DNA of 64,000 bases from Thermoplasmatota archaeon. Lineage in GTDB: Archaea > Thermoplasmatota > Thermoplasmata > UBA10834. How positions within the stretch are numbered: the stretch's first letter is position 1; every line of letters begins with the position of its first letter. Below, one piece after another: positions 1-8,917 of this stretch. The stretch covers positions 275,513 through 339,512 of the forward strand of contig JAHIRF010000005.1 in assembly GCA_018818785.1 (NCBI GenBank). The letters are read 5' to 3'. The translations under genes and the position numbers were made by a program. The notes under the pieces were generated by a model that saw nothing but the letters and a program-made list of their open reading frames with translations, was not told the origin of the DNA and did no database searches.

Positions 1-201
1 ACCGACGTTCAGAACGCCGACACCAGCATAGAAATCGATGTACTTGTTGCCATCAATGTCCTCTATGACGGTTCCCTCAGCCTTCTTGAATACCAGCGGC
101 CAGGACTTTGTGGCCTTCACAATCCACTCATCGTCCTTGGCGACTGCCTTCTTAGCCTCCGGTCCCGGGGGCTCTACTATGATATTCGGTACTTTTTCCA
201 T
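1..201 (-). CDS. Class III (omega) aminotransferase, N-terminal fragment; gene continues beyond window start
   Basis: Reverse-complement of 1..201 reads MEKVPNIIVEPPGPEAKKAVAKDDEWIVKATKSWPLVFKKAEGTVIEDIDGNKYIDFYAGVGVLNVG from the ATG at 201..199, which is a typical acetylornithine/GABA aminotransferase N-terminus. It is absent from the ORF track because it is truncated by the window edge. Confidence 0.55.
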   Translation of the reverse strand, partial: MEKVPNIIVEPPGPEAKKAVAKDDEWIVKATKSWPLVFKKAEGTVIEDIDGNKYIDFYAGVGVLNVG

Positions 202-442
202 GAGAATAACTCTCCCTTATTTTTTTACGTAAGCACACGCCTGATAAATCGATTATGGTAATACACAACTATTCGGGGTCAAAAATTTCCGATTTCGGAC
301 CTGTGAATACGAAAACCGGATGAATTCGAAGAATCCGACCGGATATGGGCGATTTCGGGGATTTCTTCTTTGCCAACCATGCGCTCATTAGCACACTAAA
401 ACAGGTGCGATGAACTCCCACACATCGCAGAGCACCCAAAAC

Positions 443-450
443 GTATATAA
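443..450 (+). promoter_or_regulatory. Candidate archaeal TATA box (tatataaa) about 45 nt upstream of the rpoK start
   Basis: AT-rich octamer in an otherwise GC-rich intergenic region, at the right distance for a short-leader transcript of rpoK-rps2. Confidence 0.3.
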
Positions 451-492
451 AGGGGTCACATTTTAGGGGTTATCTCCGTAGAGGCTGCAGAT

Positions 493-669
493 TTGAGGTT
501 CACCAGATTCGAGAGGGCGAGGATTATCGGCGCTAGAGCTCTCCAGATAAGCATGGGCGCGCCTGTGTTGATGGACGTCGGCGACGATAGTATCATAGAT
601 CCGATCGAGATAGCTATCCGCGAATACGATATGAAAGTCATCCCAATGACTGTCAAGAGAGAAGACTGA
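493..669 (+). CDS. rpoK: DNA-directed RNA polymerase subunit K (RpoK/Rpb6/omega), TTG start; not in the ORF track
   Basis: The frame reads (L/M)[57 protein letters not shown], matching the RpoK core signature ([16 protein letters not shown]). The stop TGA at 667-669 lies 9 nt before the rps2 ATG, and a GAGGT sits between them. There is no in-frame ATG; TTG at 493 is the first plausible start after the stop at 448. Confidence 0.7.
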   Translation: MRFTRFERARIIGARALQISMGAPVLMDVGDDSIIDPIEIAIREYDMKVIPMTVKRED

Positions 670-678
670 GGTATAACG

Positions 679-1320
679 ATGGATGAGGCAGTAGCAGAAA
701 CAACGACGACGATTGAACCGCAGGGACAACAACTGCTCATACCAGAGGAGGTCTACCTCACTTCCGGCGTTCATATCGGGACCCAGCAGAAGAGCGCCGA
801 CATGAAGGAATTCATTTTCAAGATCAGGACCGATGGTCTTTATGTTCTTGACATCAAGAAGACGGACGAGCGCATACGCGTCGCCTCGAACTTCCTTGCA
901 AAGTACGATCCATCGAAGATCCTCTTGGTTTCTGCAAGACAGTATGGACAGAAACCCGCCAAGGTGTTCGCCAAGATCGTTGGAACGTCCGTGGTCGCAG
1001 GCAGGTTCGTCCCTGGCTCGTTGACCAACCCGATACTTCCGAACTTCCTTGAGCCAGAAGTCATATTCGTCACAGACCCCGCGGCAGATGAGCAGGCCCT
1101 CAGGGAGGCGCTCAGTGTGGGCATCCCGATCGTAGGAATCTGCGATGCCAACAACGAGACTAGAAACGTCGACCTGGTCATCCCGTCGAACAACAAGGGC
1201 AGAAGGGCATTGGCGACGATCTATTGGCTCCTAGCGAGAGAGATCCTGAAGGCCCGCGGAGTCGTCAAGACTGACGAAGACTTCAAGAGCACTGTCGAGG
1301 AATTCGAGGCGTCCCTCTAG
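679..1320 (+). CDS. rps2: 30S ribosomal protein S2 (uS2), archaeal type
   Basis: 213 aa; the motifs [27 protein letters not shown] and [16 protein letters not shown] are typical of archaeal uS2. Confidence 0.9.
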   Translation: MDEAVAETTTTIEPQGQQLLIPEEVYLTSGVHIGTQQKSADMKEFIFKIRTDGLYVLDIKKTDERIRVASNFLAKYDPSKILLVSARQYGQKPAKVFAKIVGTSVVAGRFVPGSLTNPILPNFLEPEVIFVTDPAADEQALREALSVGIPIVGICDANNETRNVDLVIPSNNKGRRALATIYWLLAREILKARGVVKTDEDFKSTVEEFEASL

Positions 1321-1394
1321 CGGGGCCCTCTACCTTTCCTATCGGTTTTCAGCAAAACTATTACAACACCGAGACGGTATCACACCTTCGGGGT

Positions 1395-2219
1395 TTGTTG
1401 GTGGTGAGGCATCCTGCCGTTGCTGGACAGTTTTACGAGAGTGATGAGCGCTTGCTCATCAAACAGATCGAATCGTGCTATCTGGACAATCTAGGACCTG
1501 GAAGGCTACCTGAATTGAGAAACGGTCCCAGACGGATCAAGGGTGGAATAGCACCACATGCTGGATACATGTTCTCGGGGATGATCGCCGCACACCTTTA
1601 TGGAAGGATTGCACAAGACGGTCTTCCGGAGACCTTCATCATATTGGGCCCCAATCACACGGGCAGGGGCACGGGCATGGCGATCACGACAGAGGATTTC
1701 GAGACGCCTCTAGGCACTGTCAGCGTTGATCCGGTGCTGGCAAAGGCGATCAGGAAGGACCTGATAGATGTCGATCCAGAGGCCCATTATTTCGAACATT
1801 CGATCGAGGTGCAGCTGCCGTTCCTGCAGCATCTGTCGAAGAACATCAAGATCGTCCCCATCTGTATGGGTTTCCAGGACTACGAAGCCTCGAAGACGGT
1901 CGGGGAGATAATAAGGGACTCCGCGAAGGGGAGGGATATCGTCGTCATAGCATCCACCGATTTCTCACATTATGTCACGAAGGGCACCGCCAAGGTGAAG
2001 GATTCGAAGGCCCTCGATGCTATCATGTCGATGGAGCCGAAGAAACTGTACGATGTCATCAGAGACGAGAACATCTCGATGTGCGGCTACGGCCCAGTCA
2101 TGGCAATGATGGTCGCCTCAGAAGCCCATAAGGGCAAGGTCTTGAAGTATGCGACCTCTGGCGACGTCCGTCCGATGAAGGACGTGGTCGGATACGCGTC
2201 GGCGATCTTCGAAAAGTAA
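1395..2219 (+). CDS. MEMO1 family protein (AmmeMemoRadiSam system protein B-like)
   Basis: 274 aa; RHPAVAGQFYE near the N-terminus, then GGIAPHAGYMFSG and ILGPNHTG motifs. TTG/GTG start cluster at 1395-1406. Confidence 0.75.
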   Translation: MLVVRHPAVAGQFYESDERLLIKQIESCYLDNLGPGRLPELRNGPRRIKGGIAPHAGYMFSGMIAAHLYGRIAQDGLPETFIILGPNHTGRGTGMAITTEDFETPLGTVSVDPVLAKAIRKDLIDVDPEAHYFEHSIEVQLPFLQHLSKNIKIVPICMGFQDYEASKTVGEIIRDSAKGRDIVVIASTDFSHYVTKGTAKVKDSKALDAIMSMEPKKLYDVIRDENISMCGYGPVMAMMVASEAHKGKVLKYATSGDVRPMKDVVGYASAIFEK

Positions 2220-2249
2220 CATTAGGCTGCATGGATATCCGAGGGTCCT

Positions 2250-2789
2250 ATGTTCAGACCGAAGATAACATCCGCTGCGATATTTCTGATGTTCGCGTTG
2301 ACTTCGGTCTGGCTCTTGCTCGTCATCGTCGCACCTATGCTCGTCCCGAACAATACTCTGACCGATTTGTCGGGACGGGTGGGATTCCACGATAACGAAG
2401 CCCTGTTCTCGCAGCTCGACCCGATCCCTCATGCAGTCTATTGGATCGGGGACGGAGAGTGCCACCAGCTGGCCGACAGAAGCTATTTCATAAACGGGAA
2501 CCAGATGCCATTCTGCGCAAGGGACCTTGGATTATTCATCGGTCTAGCAATAGGCTCAGGCATTGTGACCTTCTACAGATACAAGATCCATCCCGCCCTA
2601 GTCTTGATAGGTCTGGTCCCGCTCGCGTTGGACGGCGGCGTGCAGTTGTTGACGGATTACGAATCCAACAACACGCTCAGGATGATAACCGGGTTCATCG
2701 CAGGTCTGGTCTTGGCGTTGCTCCTGGCGCACTTCATGTTCGCATTGCAGGAAGATCCGTCTCACGAAGAGAGCAAGCCTTCGCAGTGA
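2250..2789 (+). CDS. DUF2085-like membrane protein
   Basis: 179 aa with multiple TM segments; GDGECHQL....MPFCARDLG is a DUF2085-like Cys/His motif. Confidence 0.5.
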   Translation: MFRPKITSAAIFLMFALTSVWLLLVIVAPMLVPNNTLTDLSGRVGFHDNEALFSQLDPIPHAVYWIGDGECHQLADRSYFINGNQMPFCARDLGLFIGLAIGSGIVTFYRYKIHPALVLIGLVPLALDGGVQLLTDYESNNTLRMITGFIAGLVLALLLAHFMFALQEDPSHEESKPSQ

Positions 2790-2884
2790 GGCGCGGAACT
2801 CCATGTGGAAACATGATATAGTGTGGATTCGATAATGGCGCAGTTCGGCGAAGCCGACAATCGCTGGATCATTTGGTGAACATC

Positions 2885-3421
2885 ATGGAAAGACCTCCGG
2901 GAGTTGACCCGTTCATGAGACCATCTCCTCCGCCGGTGCAGACGCCTTCGAACCGTAATTGTGTCACTTGCGGTCGCGCGATCGATTGGCAGTCGAACGT
3001 ATGCCCATACTGCGGCCACGACTATAGGGTGGCGATGGGTCCACCGCCCAAGCCAAGGACTTCGAAGCCAATAGTGGCAGGAGTCATCATCCTGCTGGCC
3101 GGTCTCTTTGCATTGGGCCAGGGCATGTTCCTCATGATGGCCGATAACGCCTACATGGAGGGCATAGACCTGACCGCTTTCGAAGATGAAGGCTATTCTG
3201 TCGACGAGATCAGGGACCTCCTGACTGCTTGTGGCGCGATAGACATATTGTTCGGCGTGATAGCGATCATCGGCGGCGCGATCGCCTTCACACGCAAGCA
3301 TTACATGTTGGCTATGATAGGAGCGGTATTCGCGATCCTCGGATTCGGGTTCGTAATAGGTTCCATCTTCGGTCTTATAGGCATAATATTGCTCGTGATG
3401 TCGAAGCAGGAATTCGAATGA
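2885..3421 (+). CDS. Zinc-ribbon domain membrane protein, tandem paralog 1
   Basis: N-terminal CVTCGRAIDWQSNVCPYCGHDYRVAMGP zinc ribbon, then a Pro-rich linker and 3 TM helices. The ORF could start at TTG 2873; ATG 2885 was chosen. Confidence 0.55.
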   Translation: MERPPGVDPFMRPSPPPVQTPSNRNCVTCGRAIDWQSNVCPYCGHDYRVAMGPPPKPRTSKPIVAGVIILLAGLFALGQGMFLMMADNAYMEGIDLTAFEDEGYSVDEIRDLLTACGAIDILFGVIAIIGGAIAFTRKHYMLAMIGAVFAILGFGFVIGSIFGLIGIILLVMSKQEFE

Positions 3422-3575
3422 TTCGAATGTCTGGATGATCTTGTTTATCAGCAGACTGGCAGATATCTGTTCCGAAAGACAATAAAATCATAGAAACTGT
3501 TTTATAATTTCCTTTACCATTTCATCGCTGGTCGGGTGGGATGCACCCACCAATCCTGTTTAGGAGGTAAAAACT

Positions 3576-4027
3576 TGACATCAGCACCTGTTGGTAATCC
3601 CTCTAGGAACTGTGTTTCCTGCGGTCGTTCGATCTCTTGGGACGCGAATGTGTGCCCATATTGTGGCCACGATTTCAGGGTGGCAATGGCTGGACCTGCA
3701 GCTATGCAGAAGAAGGACTCGTCGATGCCGCTCATCGCTGGAGTGCTGTTGATAATCTGCAGCCTGGGTTACATCGTAATGGGTGGATGGATGATGGCCG
3801 CCGGGACCTCTCTAATGGGGTTCACCGAAGACATTGGCGGAGGCGCGGTCGCAGCGTGCGGCGGTCTGGTACTCGTCCTTGGCATATTGGTGCTCTTGGG
3901 CGGGGTGTTCGCGATCAAGAAGACGCACTTCGGCCTCGCATTGGTCGCGTCGATACTCTCGCTCGGAACCGGCCTTGGTATCGTCGCCCTGATATTGGTC
4001 ATCATTTCGAAGGACGAGTTCACGTAG
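3576..4027 (+). CDS. Zinc-ribbon domain membrane protein, tandem paralog 2
   Basis: CVSCGRSISWDANVCPYCGHDFRVAMAGP followed by TM helices. AGGAGGT at 3562-3568 lies 7 nt upstream of TTG 3576, so that start is preferred over the ORF-track GTG at 3536. Confidence 0.55.
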
Positions 4028-4152
4028 GCCCCACGTTCCAAACCTCTTCAACAAACCACTCCACTCATTTTCCAAGAGATCAGCGTTAGAAAGCTATTTT
4101 AATCGTAAAATCTCTTTAAGCATCAGAAGTCATTGAGTCTGGAGGCAATCAG

Positions 4153-4695
4153 TTGGATGACCTGAGTGGGGATATTGACAGACCATGTATTGTATGTGGT
4201 CGACCAAAGGCATCAAATTTCAGGTATTGTCCGCACTGCGGTGATCCGATGGATTCATCATATGGTGCGGATCAATCGCAGACGAGTTATCTCAGAATCG
4301 GTGGTGCGCTGGTCGTCATCTCATCAATATTGACACTCGTTTTCGTCATCTTCTACCGATCATACTATGAGGTCGATTACTCGCGGTATATCCCGGAAAC
4401 ATACCAATCCTTGCTGAACGTTTTGTTATTCATGCACGTCGTCTCCGGGGGTGCAGGAATCCTGGGCGGCACCCTTGCTCTGCTGAAAACGAGATACCGC
4501 TTGTCTCTGGTTCTCTGTCTAGCAAGCTCACTCGGATTGGCCTTCATGTTGTCGCTCGCAGGATCGGCACTGGTCGCCATATCCAAGAACGATTTCAGTG
4601 AGGCGAGATTGAAGAAGAATGTCGATTGGCTGGACAACGGACCTGCATCTGGAGACCAACTCGAACACAGCATCATGGCGCGCAGGGGTGGATGA
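4153..4695 (+). CDS. Zinc-ribbon domain membrane protein, tandem paralog 3
   Basis: CIVCGRPKASNFRYCPHCGDP followed by TM helices. TTG start, with GGAGG 8 nt upstream. Confidence 0.55.
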   Translation: MDDLSGDIDRPCIVCGRPKASNFRYCPHCGDPMDSSYGADQSQTSYLRIGGALVVISSILTLVFVIFYRSYYEVDYSRYIPETYQSLLNVLLFMHVVSGGAGILGGTLALLKTRYRLSLVLCLASSLGLAFMLSLAGSALVAISKNDFSEARLKKNVDWLDNGPASGDQLEHSIMARRGG

Positions 4696-4696
4696 G

Positions 4697-5203
4697 ATGC
4701 AGTCATCGATCTCCAAAGAACCACAACACTGCATTGATTGTGACCTGGAGGTGCCCGACGGTTCCAGGTTCTGCCCGCATTGCGGCTTCAATCTCAGAGT
4801 CCTCACTGAAGAGCTCACGACTCAGAACAGGGATGATGACCTGCTCATAATCTCAGGGATCCTCCTCATACTGATAGGAATATCAACGGCTGTGAGCTCA
4901 GCCCTCATGGTCTATCACTATGTCCAGGTATATGATGAGGTCAGCGGTCTAATCGCCCTCCTGTTGATGCAGCTAATGGTGCTCATCCTCATCGGCGGCA
5001 TCACAGCCGCAGGCGGGACTCGTGCGATGACTGGTAACAACTTCTCCTTCGTGATCGTATGCAGTATCCTCGCCCTGTCGAGCCACTTTGCATTGTCATT
5101 GGTTTCATACTATGACTACAGTTCATTCGGCTCCTATGGCGTAATAATCGGTCTGGCCGCTCTCATATTCATAGTGTCCATCCGGGATAGATTCGTGAGT
5201 TGA
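4697..5203 (+). CDS. Zinc-ribbon domain membrane protein, tandem paralog 4
   Basis: CIDCDLEVPDGSRFCPHCGFNLRV followed by TM helices. ATG 4697 lies immediately after the paralog-3 stop (4693-4695); the upstream part of ORF 4619.. overlaps paralog 3 and is probably not translated. Confidence 0.5.
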   Translation: MQSSISKEPQHCIDCDLEVPDGSRFCPHCGFNLRVLTEELTTQNRDDDLLIISGILLILIGISTAVSSALMVYHYVQVYDEVSGLIALLLMQLMVLILIGGITAAGGTRAMTGNNFSFVIVCSILALSSHFALSLVSYYDYSSFGSYGVIIGLAALIFIVSIRDRFVS

Positions 5204-5231
5204 GGTTCTCTGTGCCAGCCACACGACCCAT

Positions 5232-6170
5232 TCAGATCCTCTTTATCATGCCTAGCTCAGGCTCGTAGACATCGCCCTTGTCGAGCAGGTTCGCGACGAT
5301 CTCTTCTAGGCGTACCTTGTCGATCTTCTTCGACTTCGCTGCCTCGACCAGCTTGTCCCATTGCGCCCCTTTGCCACCGGTGTTCAGGCTGTCGATGAGT
5401 GCGAGTACGGTGCCATCCTCGTCCACGCCGACCTTGACATCGCTCATCTCGTCCTCGCCGGAGACCTGCTCCTTCTTGGCGGCTGCTGGCCGTGGCTTCT
5501 GCTTCGGGGTCACACGCGGCGGCTCGCTCTCCTCAGCATGGTTCGACCACTTGTCTGGAAGGACCGACCTGAGCGCTTCCCGCACAGAGTTCCTGAATCT
5601 TTCGAGATCGATATCCTTGTAGTACTCGACCGCCCTGACGACTCCATCGGCAAGGTTCTCCGGATATCCGAGCTTCATGAGTTCGCCGACGCTCGGTTCC
5701 GCCATCTGCATCGCGTCCCTGACAGCGTCGATCCTGACCAGCGTGCTCTTTGCCGCCTCGAGGATCCAATAATCCCTCATCTCGGCGTCGACCTCGACGA
5801 CGTTCTCGGGCCTGATGCTGAGGTACTTCACACCTTCCTCCGGTGAATACGCCCTGCTCTTCCCGACGACGGCCGCGAACGCAGGTGGCGACATCTTCGA
5901 CAGGGACCTCGCAGCGGTCGGTTGATACTCACCGGCTGATATGTAGAAAGTACCTGTCGGGTCCGTCACCCTCGCCCTGTACCTCGACTTCCCGTCCCCA
6001 CCGACGTCTTCTATGTCTGTGGCCACGCCGACGATCATCATCCTGTTGACCTTCGCGCCGAGTGGGGTGATTATGTACGACGCGGGCTTCTCGCCCTCGC
6101 CCGTGTATTCCAATGTGGATGAGTTGTACTCCTCGGCGAATACCCGCCACGCGACCTCGCGTGCGTTCAT
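5232..6170 (-). CDS. RPA32-like single-stranded DNA-binding subunit (OB fold plus C-terminal winged helix), translationally coupled to RPA1
   Basis: Starts MNAREVAW at ATG 6170..6168, overlapping the RPA1 stop (ATGA). It has an OB-fold-like region and a C-terminal wH-like tail (KVRLEEIVANLLDKGDVYEP). The long R/G/H-rich N-terminal extension of ORF 5232..6809 is the shadow frame of the RPA1 gene. Confidence 0.5.
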   Translation of the reverse strand: MNAREVAWRVFAEEYNSSTLEYTGEGEKPASYIITPLGAKVNRMMIVGVATDIEDVGGDGKSRYRARVTDPTGTFYISAGEYQPTAARSLSKMSPPAFAAVVGKSRAYSPEEGVKYLSIRPENVVEVDAEMRDYWILEAAKSTLVRIDAVRDAMQMAEPSVGELMKLGYPENLADGVVRAVEYYKDIDLERFRNSVREALRSVLPDKWSNHAEESEPPRVTPKQKPRPAAAKKEQVSGEDEMSDVKVGVDEDGTVLALIDSLNTGGKGAQWDKLVEAAKSKKIDKVRLEEIVANLLDKGDVYEPELGMIKRI

Positions 6171-7486
6171 CTGTTCTCCTCCAGGTCGATAAGGAGTTTC
6201 TCGACTTCCTGTTTGACATCGTCGAACCCGAACCTGGCGTCCCTGACAATCATCGATAGGCCGTAGTCGTCGGATGTCACGTTCCCGGAGAGGGTGACGA
6301 CCTTCAGCATCAGACGCTCCTCGATGATGTCCTTGACGACATCGAAGTTCATGGCCTGCTTCGCCTTCTCCATGGATTCGTCCAGGGTCGTGTCGGCCAG
6401 GCTCTCCGTGAGCTCGCGCCCTATGACCACGCTCACCGCTCCACTGCCATCGTCCACTATTGCCTTGATCCTCAGGTCCGGCACACCGTCCACGCGTCCG
6501 TGCACCTTGCACATGCTCTTCTGGAGCGCGCGCTTGCATTCCGGGCATCTCATGATGAGTCCGGAACCGTCCCGCACCTCTATCAGGGCGCCCTTGATCG
6601 TCACATCGGCCGCCCCTCCCTTGGAGACTATGTCTGATATCATGGACATCCCGGTCTTCTGAAGCTCCTCGATCGTCGGGAACTTCTCCTTCACCTTGGT
6701 GACCTCTGCGCGGTCGTCGAAGTTGAGCTGTGGGATGCCCCTCCATCCCTTCACAGTTCCTTTCGATATCCTGAGTATGTCCCCCTGCTTCACTTTGAAA
6801 TCGGACCATGCGGTGAACTGCACCTTGCCAGTCTCATCAGCGATCACGCCGGAGAAGATCTTCTTCGGCTCGCCCTTCACCATGACGTCCCGATCCTCGA
6901 CCGAGAGCACGCGCCCCTTGGTCTGCACATAGCCCATGCCCTCTCTGAGGTCATTTATGGTAACGATCTTCGGAGGACCGTCGGCGACCTGTATCTCCCC
7001 GATCGTGGACTCGTCCTCCTTTTTGATGGTCACCCTGTTGCCGAAATTGATCTGCACCCGTCCCTGGTACTCCCTCGAGTACGCACCCTTGACGGAGATG
7101 ACCTCCCCCTTCGACAGCTGCAGCCCCTCGGTCTCCCAGGCGGTGTATGGGAGGGTCGTGGACTCGTCACCTACGAATCCGTAGATGATCCTCTTCTTCT
7201 CCCCCTTCGAAGTGATCTCCTTGTCATTCGCCGAGAGCACCTTCGCGACGAAATCGACGTTCGGCTCGTTGGGTCTTATCTCAGCCAACTTCCTCTGAAA
7301 ACCCACGGAGAAGTCCTTCATCTCGCCACCGTATCTCTTCACGATGGTCTCCTTGGCTTTAGGTATGCTGAGCCTGTAGACGTCGACGTATTTCTTCAGC
7401 TCTTCAGCGATCTCATCCTCAGACAACTTATCCCCGAGCGCCCTGGCGATCTCTTGTACGTGGGGCGCTAAATTCTCTATCTGCAT
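6167..7486 (-). CDS. Replication protein A large subunit (RPA1-like, several OB folds plus C4 zinc finger)
   Basis: Repeated OB-fold segments and the zinc motif RCPECKRALQKSMCKVHG. The likely start is MQIEN at 7486 rather than the ORF-track start at 7558. Confidence 0.75.
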   Translation of the reverse strand: MQIENLAPHVQEIARALGDKLSEDEIAEELKKYVDVYRLSIPKAKETIVKRYGGEMKDFSVGFQRKLAEIRPNEPNVDFVAKVLSANDKEITSKGEKKRIIYGFVGDESTTLPYTAWETEGLQLSKGEVISVKGAYSREYQGRVQINFGNRVTIKKEDESTIGEIQVADGPPKIVTINDLREGMGYVQTKGRVLSVEDRDVMVKGEPKKIFSGVIADETGKVQFTAWSDFKVKQGDILRISKGTVKGWRGIPQLNFDDRAEVTKVKEKFPTIEELQKTGMSMISDIVSKGGAADVTIKGALIEVRDGSGLIMRCPECKRALQKSMCKVHGRVDGVPDLRIKAIVDDGSGAVSVVIGRELTESLADTTLDESMEKAKQAMNFDVVKDIIEERLMLKVVTLSGNVTSDDYGLSMIVRDARFGFDDVKQEVEKLLIDLEENR

Positions 7487-7562
7487 TATAAATCCCCCAA
7501 TGTTGTGGAGCAGCCGTTTCGTCCTCTGCTGCTGAGTATGGGAGTGTGGATTGGTCATATAA

Positions 7563-8909
7563 ATGGGTCTGTCAGAGGTACGCGAAAGTAGGGGTCAGTA
7601 CGCACTAAAACGAGCAAAGGTTATTGAAACGGAGGGGTATCTCGGTTCGGTCGGGGGTACAAGCTTGAGGTTCAGGAAGGGGAGATTGGCAGCCTGTGTG
7701 TTGATCGGACTTGTGATCATGATGCCCGTCAGCGTCTTGGGCTCTCCGCCATCGGACGATGATGGCGTCAAGGAATGGACGATGCTCGTGTTCTGGTGTG
7801 CGGACAACAACCTGGAGTTCTGCACCGATTTCGCGATGGATGCGTGGGAGAGGGCGCTGACGTGCAATGACGAGGTGAACGTTGTCGCCATGGTCGACAT
7901 CCTCTCCGTCGAAGGCACCTGGATTTACGAAGTCGAGGGCGGGGATTCGAAAGTGGTCATGGAATATCCCGAACTGAACACGTCGGACCCAGCCGTGCTG
8001 AAGATGTTCGTGGAATATGGAATGGACTTGTATCCATCCGAGAAGACCATATTGGTCGTGCAGGACCACGGCTTCGGATGGCGCGGGATGTGCAAGGACG
8101 AGACCAACGGTAGCTCGTTGATGTCGGTGGACGGCCTCGCGAACGCGCTGGTCGAGGTAAAGGATGCCAGAGACGGCAAAGGCGTCGACCTCCTGGCGTT
8201 CGATGCGTGCAGCATGTCGACGATAGAAGTGGCTTACGAGTTCAGGAACGCGGTCTCGTACCTGGTGTCATCGCAGACCGTGGTGCCATACGACGGCCTT
8301 CCGTACATGATGACTGTGAGTGACATGGTAGCGAATCCAGAGATGTCACCAGAGGAACTCGCAGCGGACATCGTGCAGGACTATGTGGAATATTACAGTG
8401 ACAAATGGAACTACGAGCACATCTACTCATACAACCAGGACTTTTCCACCGTGGCCGCTTTGAGCATGTCGCACATGCAAGAGGTCGGGGACGCGTTCAT
8501 CGACTTCTCGGAAGTGCTCGCATCCGAGATGGACAAACACCTGAGTCATGTGATGTCCGCTCGCATGGATGCAACGATCGGCAATTGGGCGAATATTGGC
8601 GGATGGGAGTGGCAACCGGACCTCGGTGTGTTCATGGAGGACCTCGTGGGCGTTATAAGCCCTGAGCTGGATGCCACGATAGAGGACTTCTTCGGAGCGC
8701 TCGACGCCGCGATAGTGCTCGAGGCGCACAGCGATAGGTACGACGGCAGGGTGCACGGTCTGAACGTGTACTTCCCACCGTCCCAGTCGATGTACGATTC
8801 GTGTGCCTATTGGTGGGCGAAGATGTTCGTCTACCACGAGAGCAACCTGGACATCGTCTCGGAATCCCGATGGTACGAGTGCCTGATGAAATACTACGGC
8901 ACGATCTGA
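7563..8909 (+). CDS. Clostripain-like cysteine peptidase (family C11), secreted
   Basis: N-terminal signal/TM segment, a QDHGFGW His motif and an AFDACSMS catalytic Cys motif, both typical of C11 peptidases. Confidence 0.7.
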   Translation: MGLSEVRESRGQYALKRAKVIETEGYLGSVGGTSLRFRKGRLAACVLIGLVIMMPVSVLGSPPSDDDGVKEWTMLVFWCADNNLEFCTDFAMDAWERALTCNDEVNVVAMVDILSVEGTWIYEVEGGDSKVVMEYPELNTSDPAVLKMFVEYGMDLYPSEKTILVVQDHGFGWRGMCKDETNGSSLMSVDGLANALVEVKDARDGKGVDLLAFDACSMSTIEVAYEFRNAVSYLVSSQTVVPYDGLPYMMTVSDMVANPEMSPEELAADIVQDYVEYYSDKWNYEHIYSYNQDFSTVAALSMSHMQEVGDAFIDFSEVLASEMDKHLSHVMSARMDATIGNWANIGGWEWQPDLGVFMEDLVGVISPELDATIEDFFGALDAAIVLEAHSDRYDGRVHGLNVYFPPSQSMYDSCAYWWAKMFVYHESNLDIVSESRWYECLMKYYGTI

Positions 8910-8917
8910 CCGTGAAG

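Noticed and set aside
456-774. Two minus-strand ORFs (94 and 103 aa) in the rpoK region
   Set aside because: They are antisense to a well-supported rpoK frame and to the rps2 start, and have no recognisable motifs. They look like shadow ORFs.
5232-6809. 525-aa ORF call with an Arg/Gly/His-rich N-terminal 213 aa
   Set aside because: The N-terminal part is the alternative frame of the RPA1 gene, typical of GC-rich shadow frames. Only the C-terminal 313 aa from ATG 6170 looks real.
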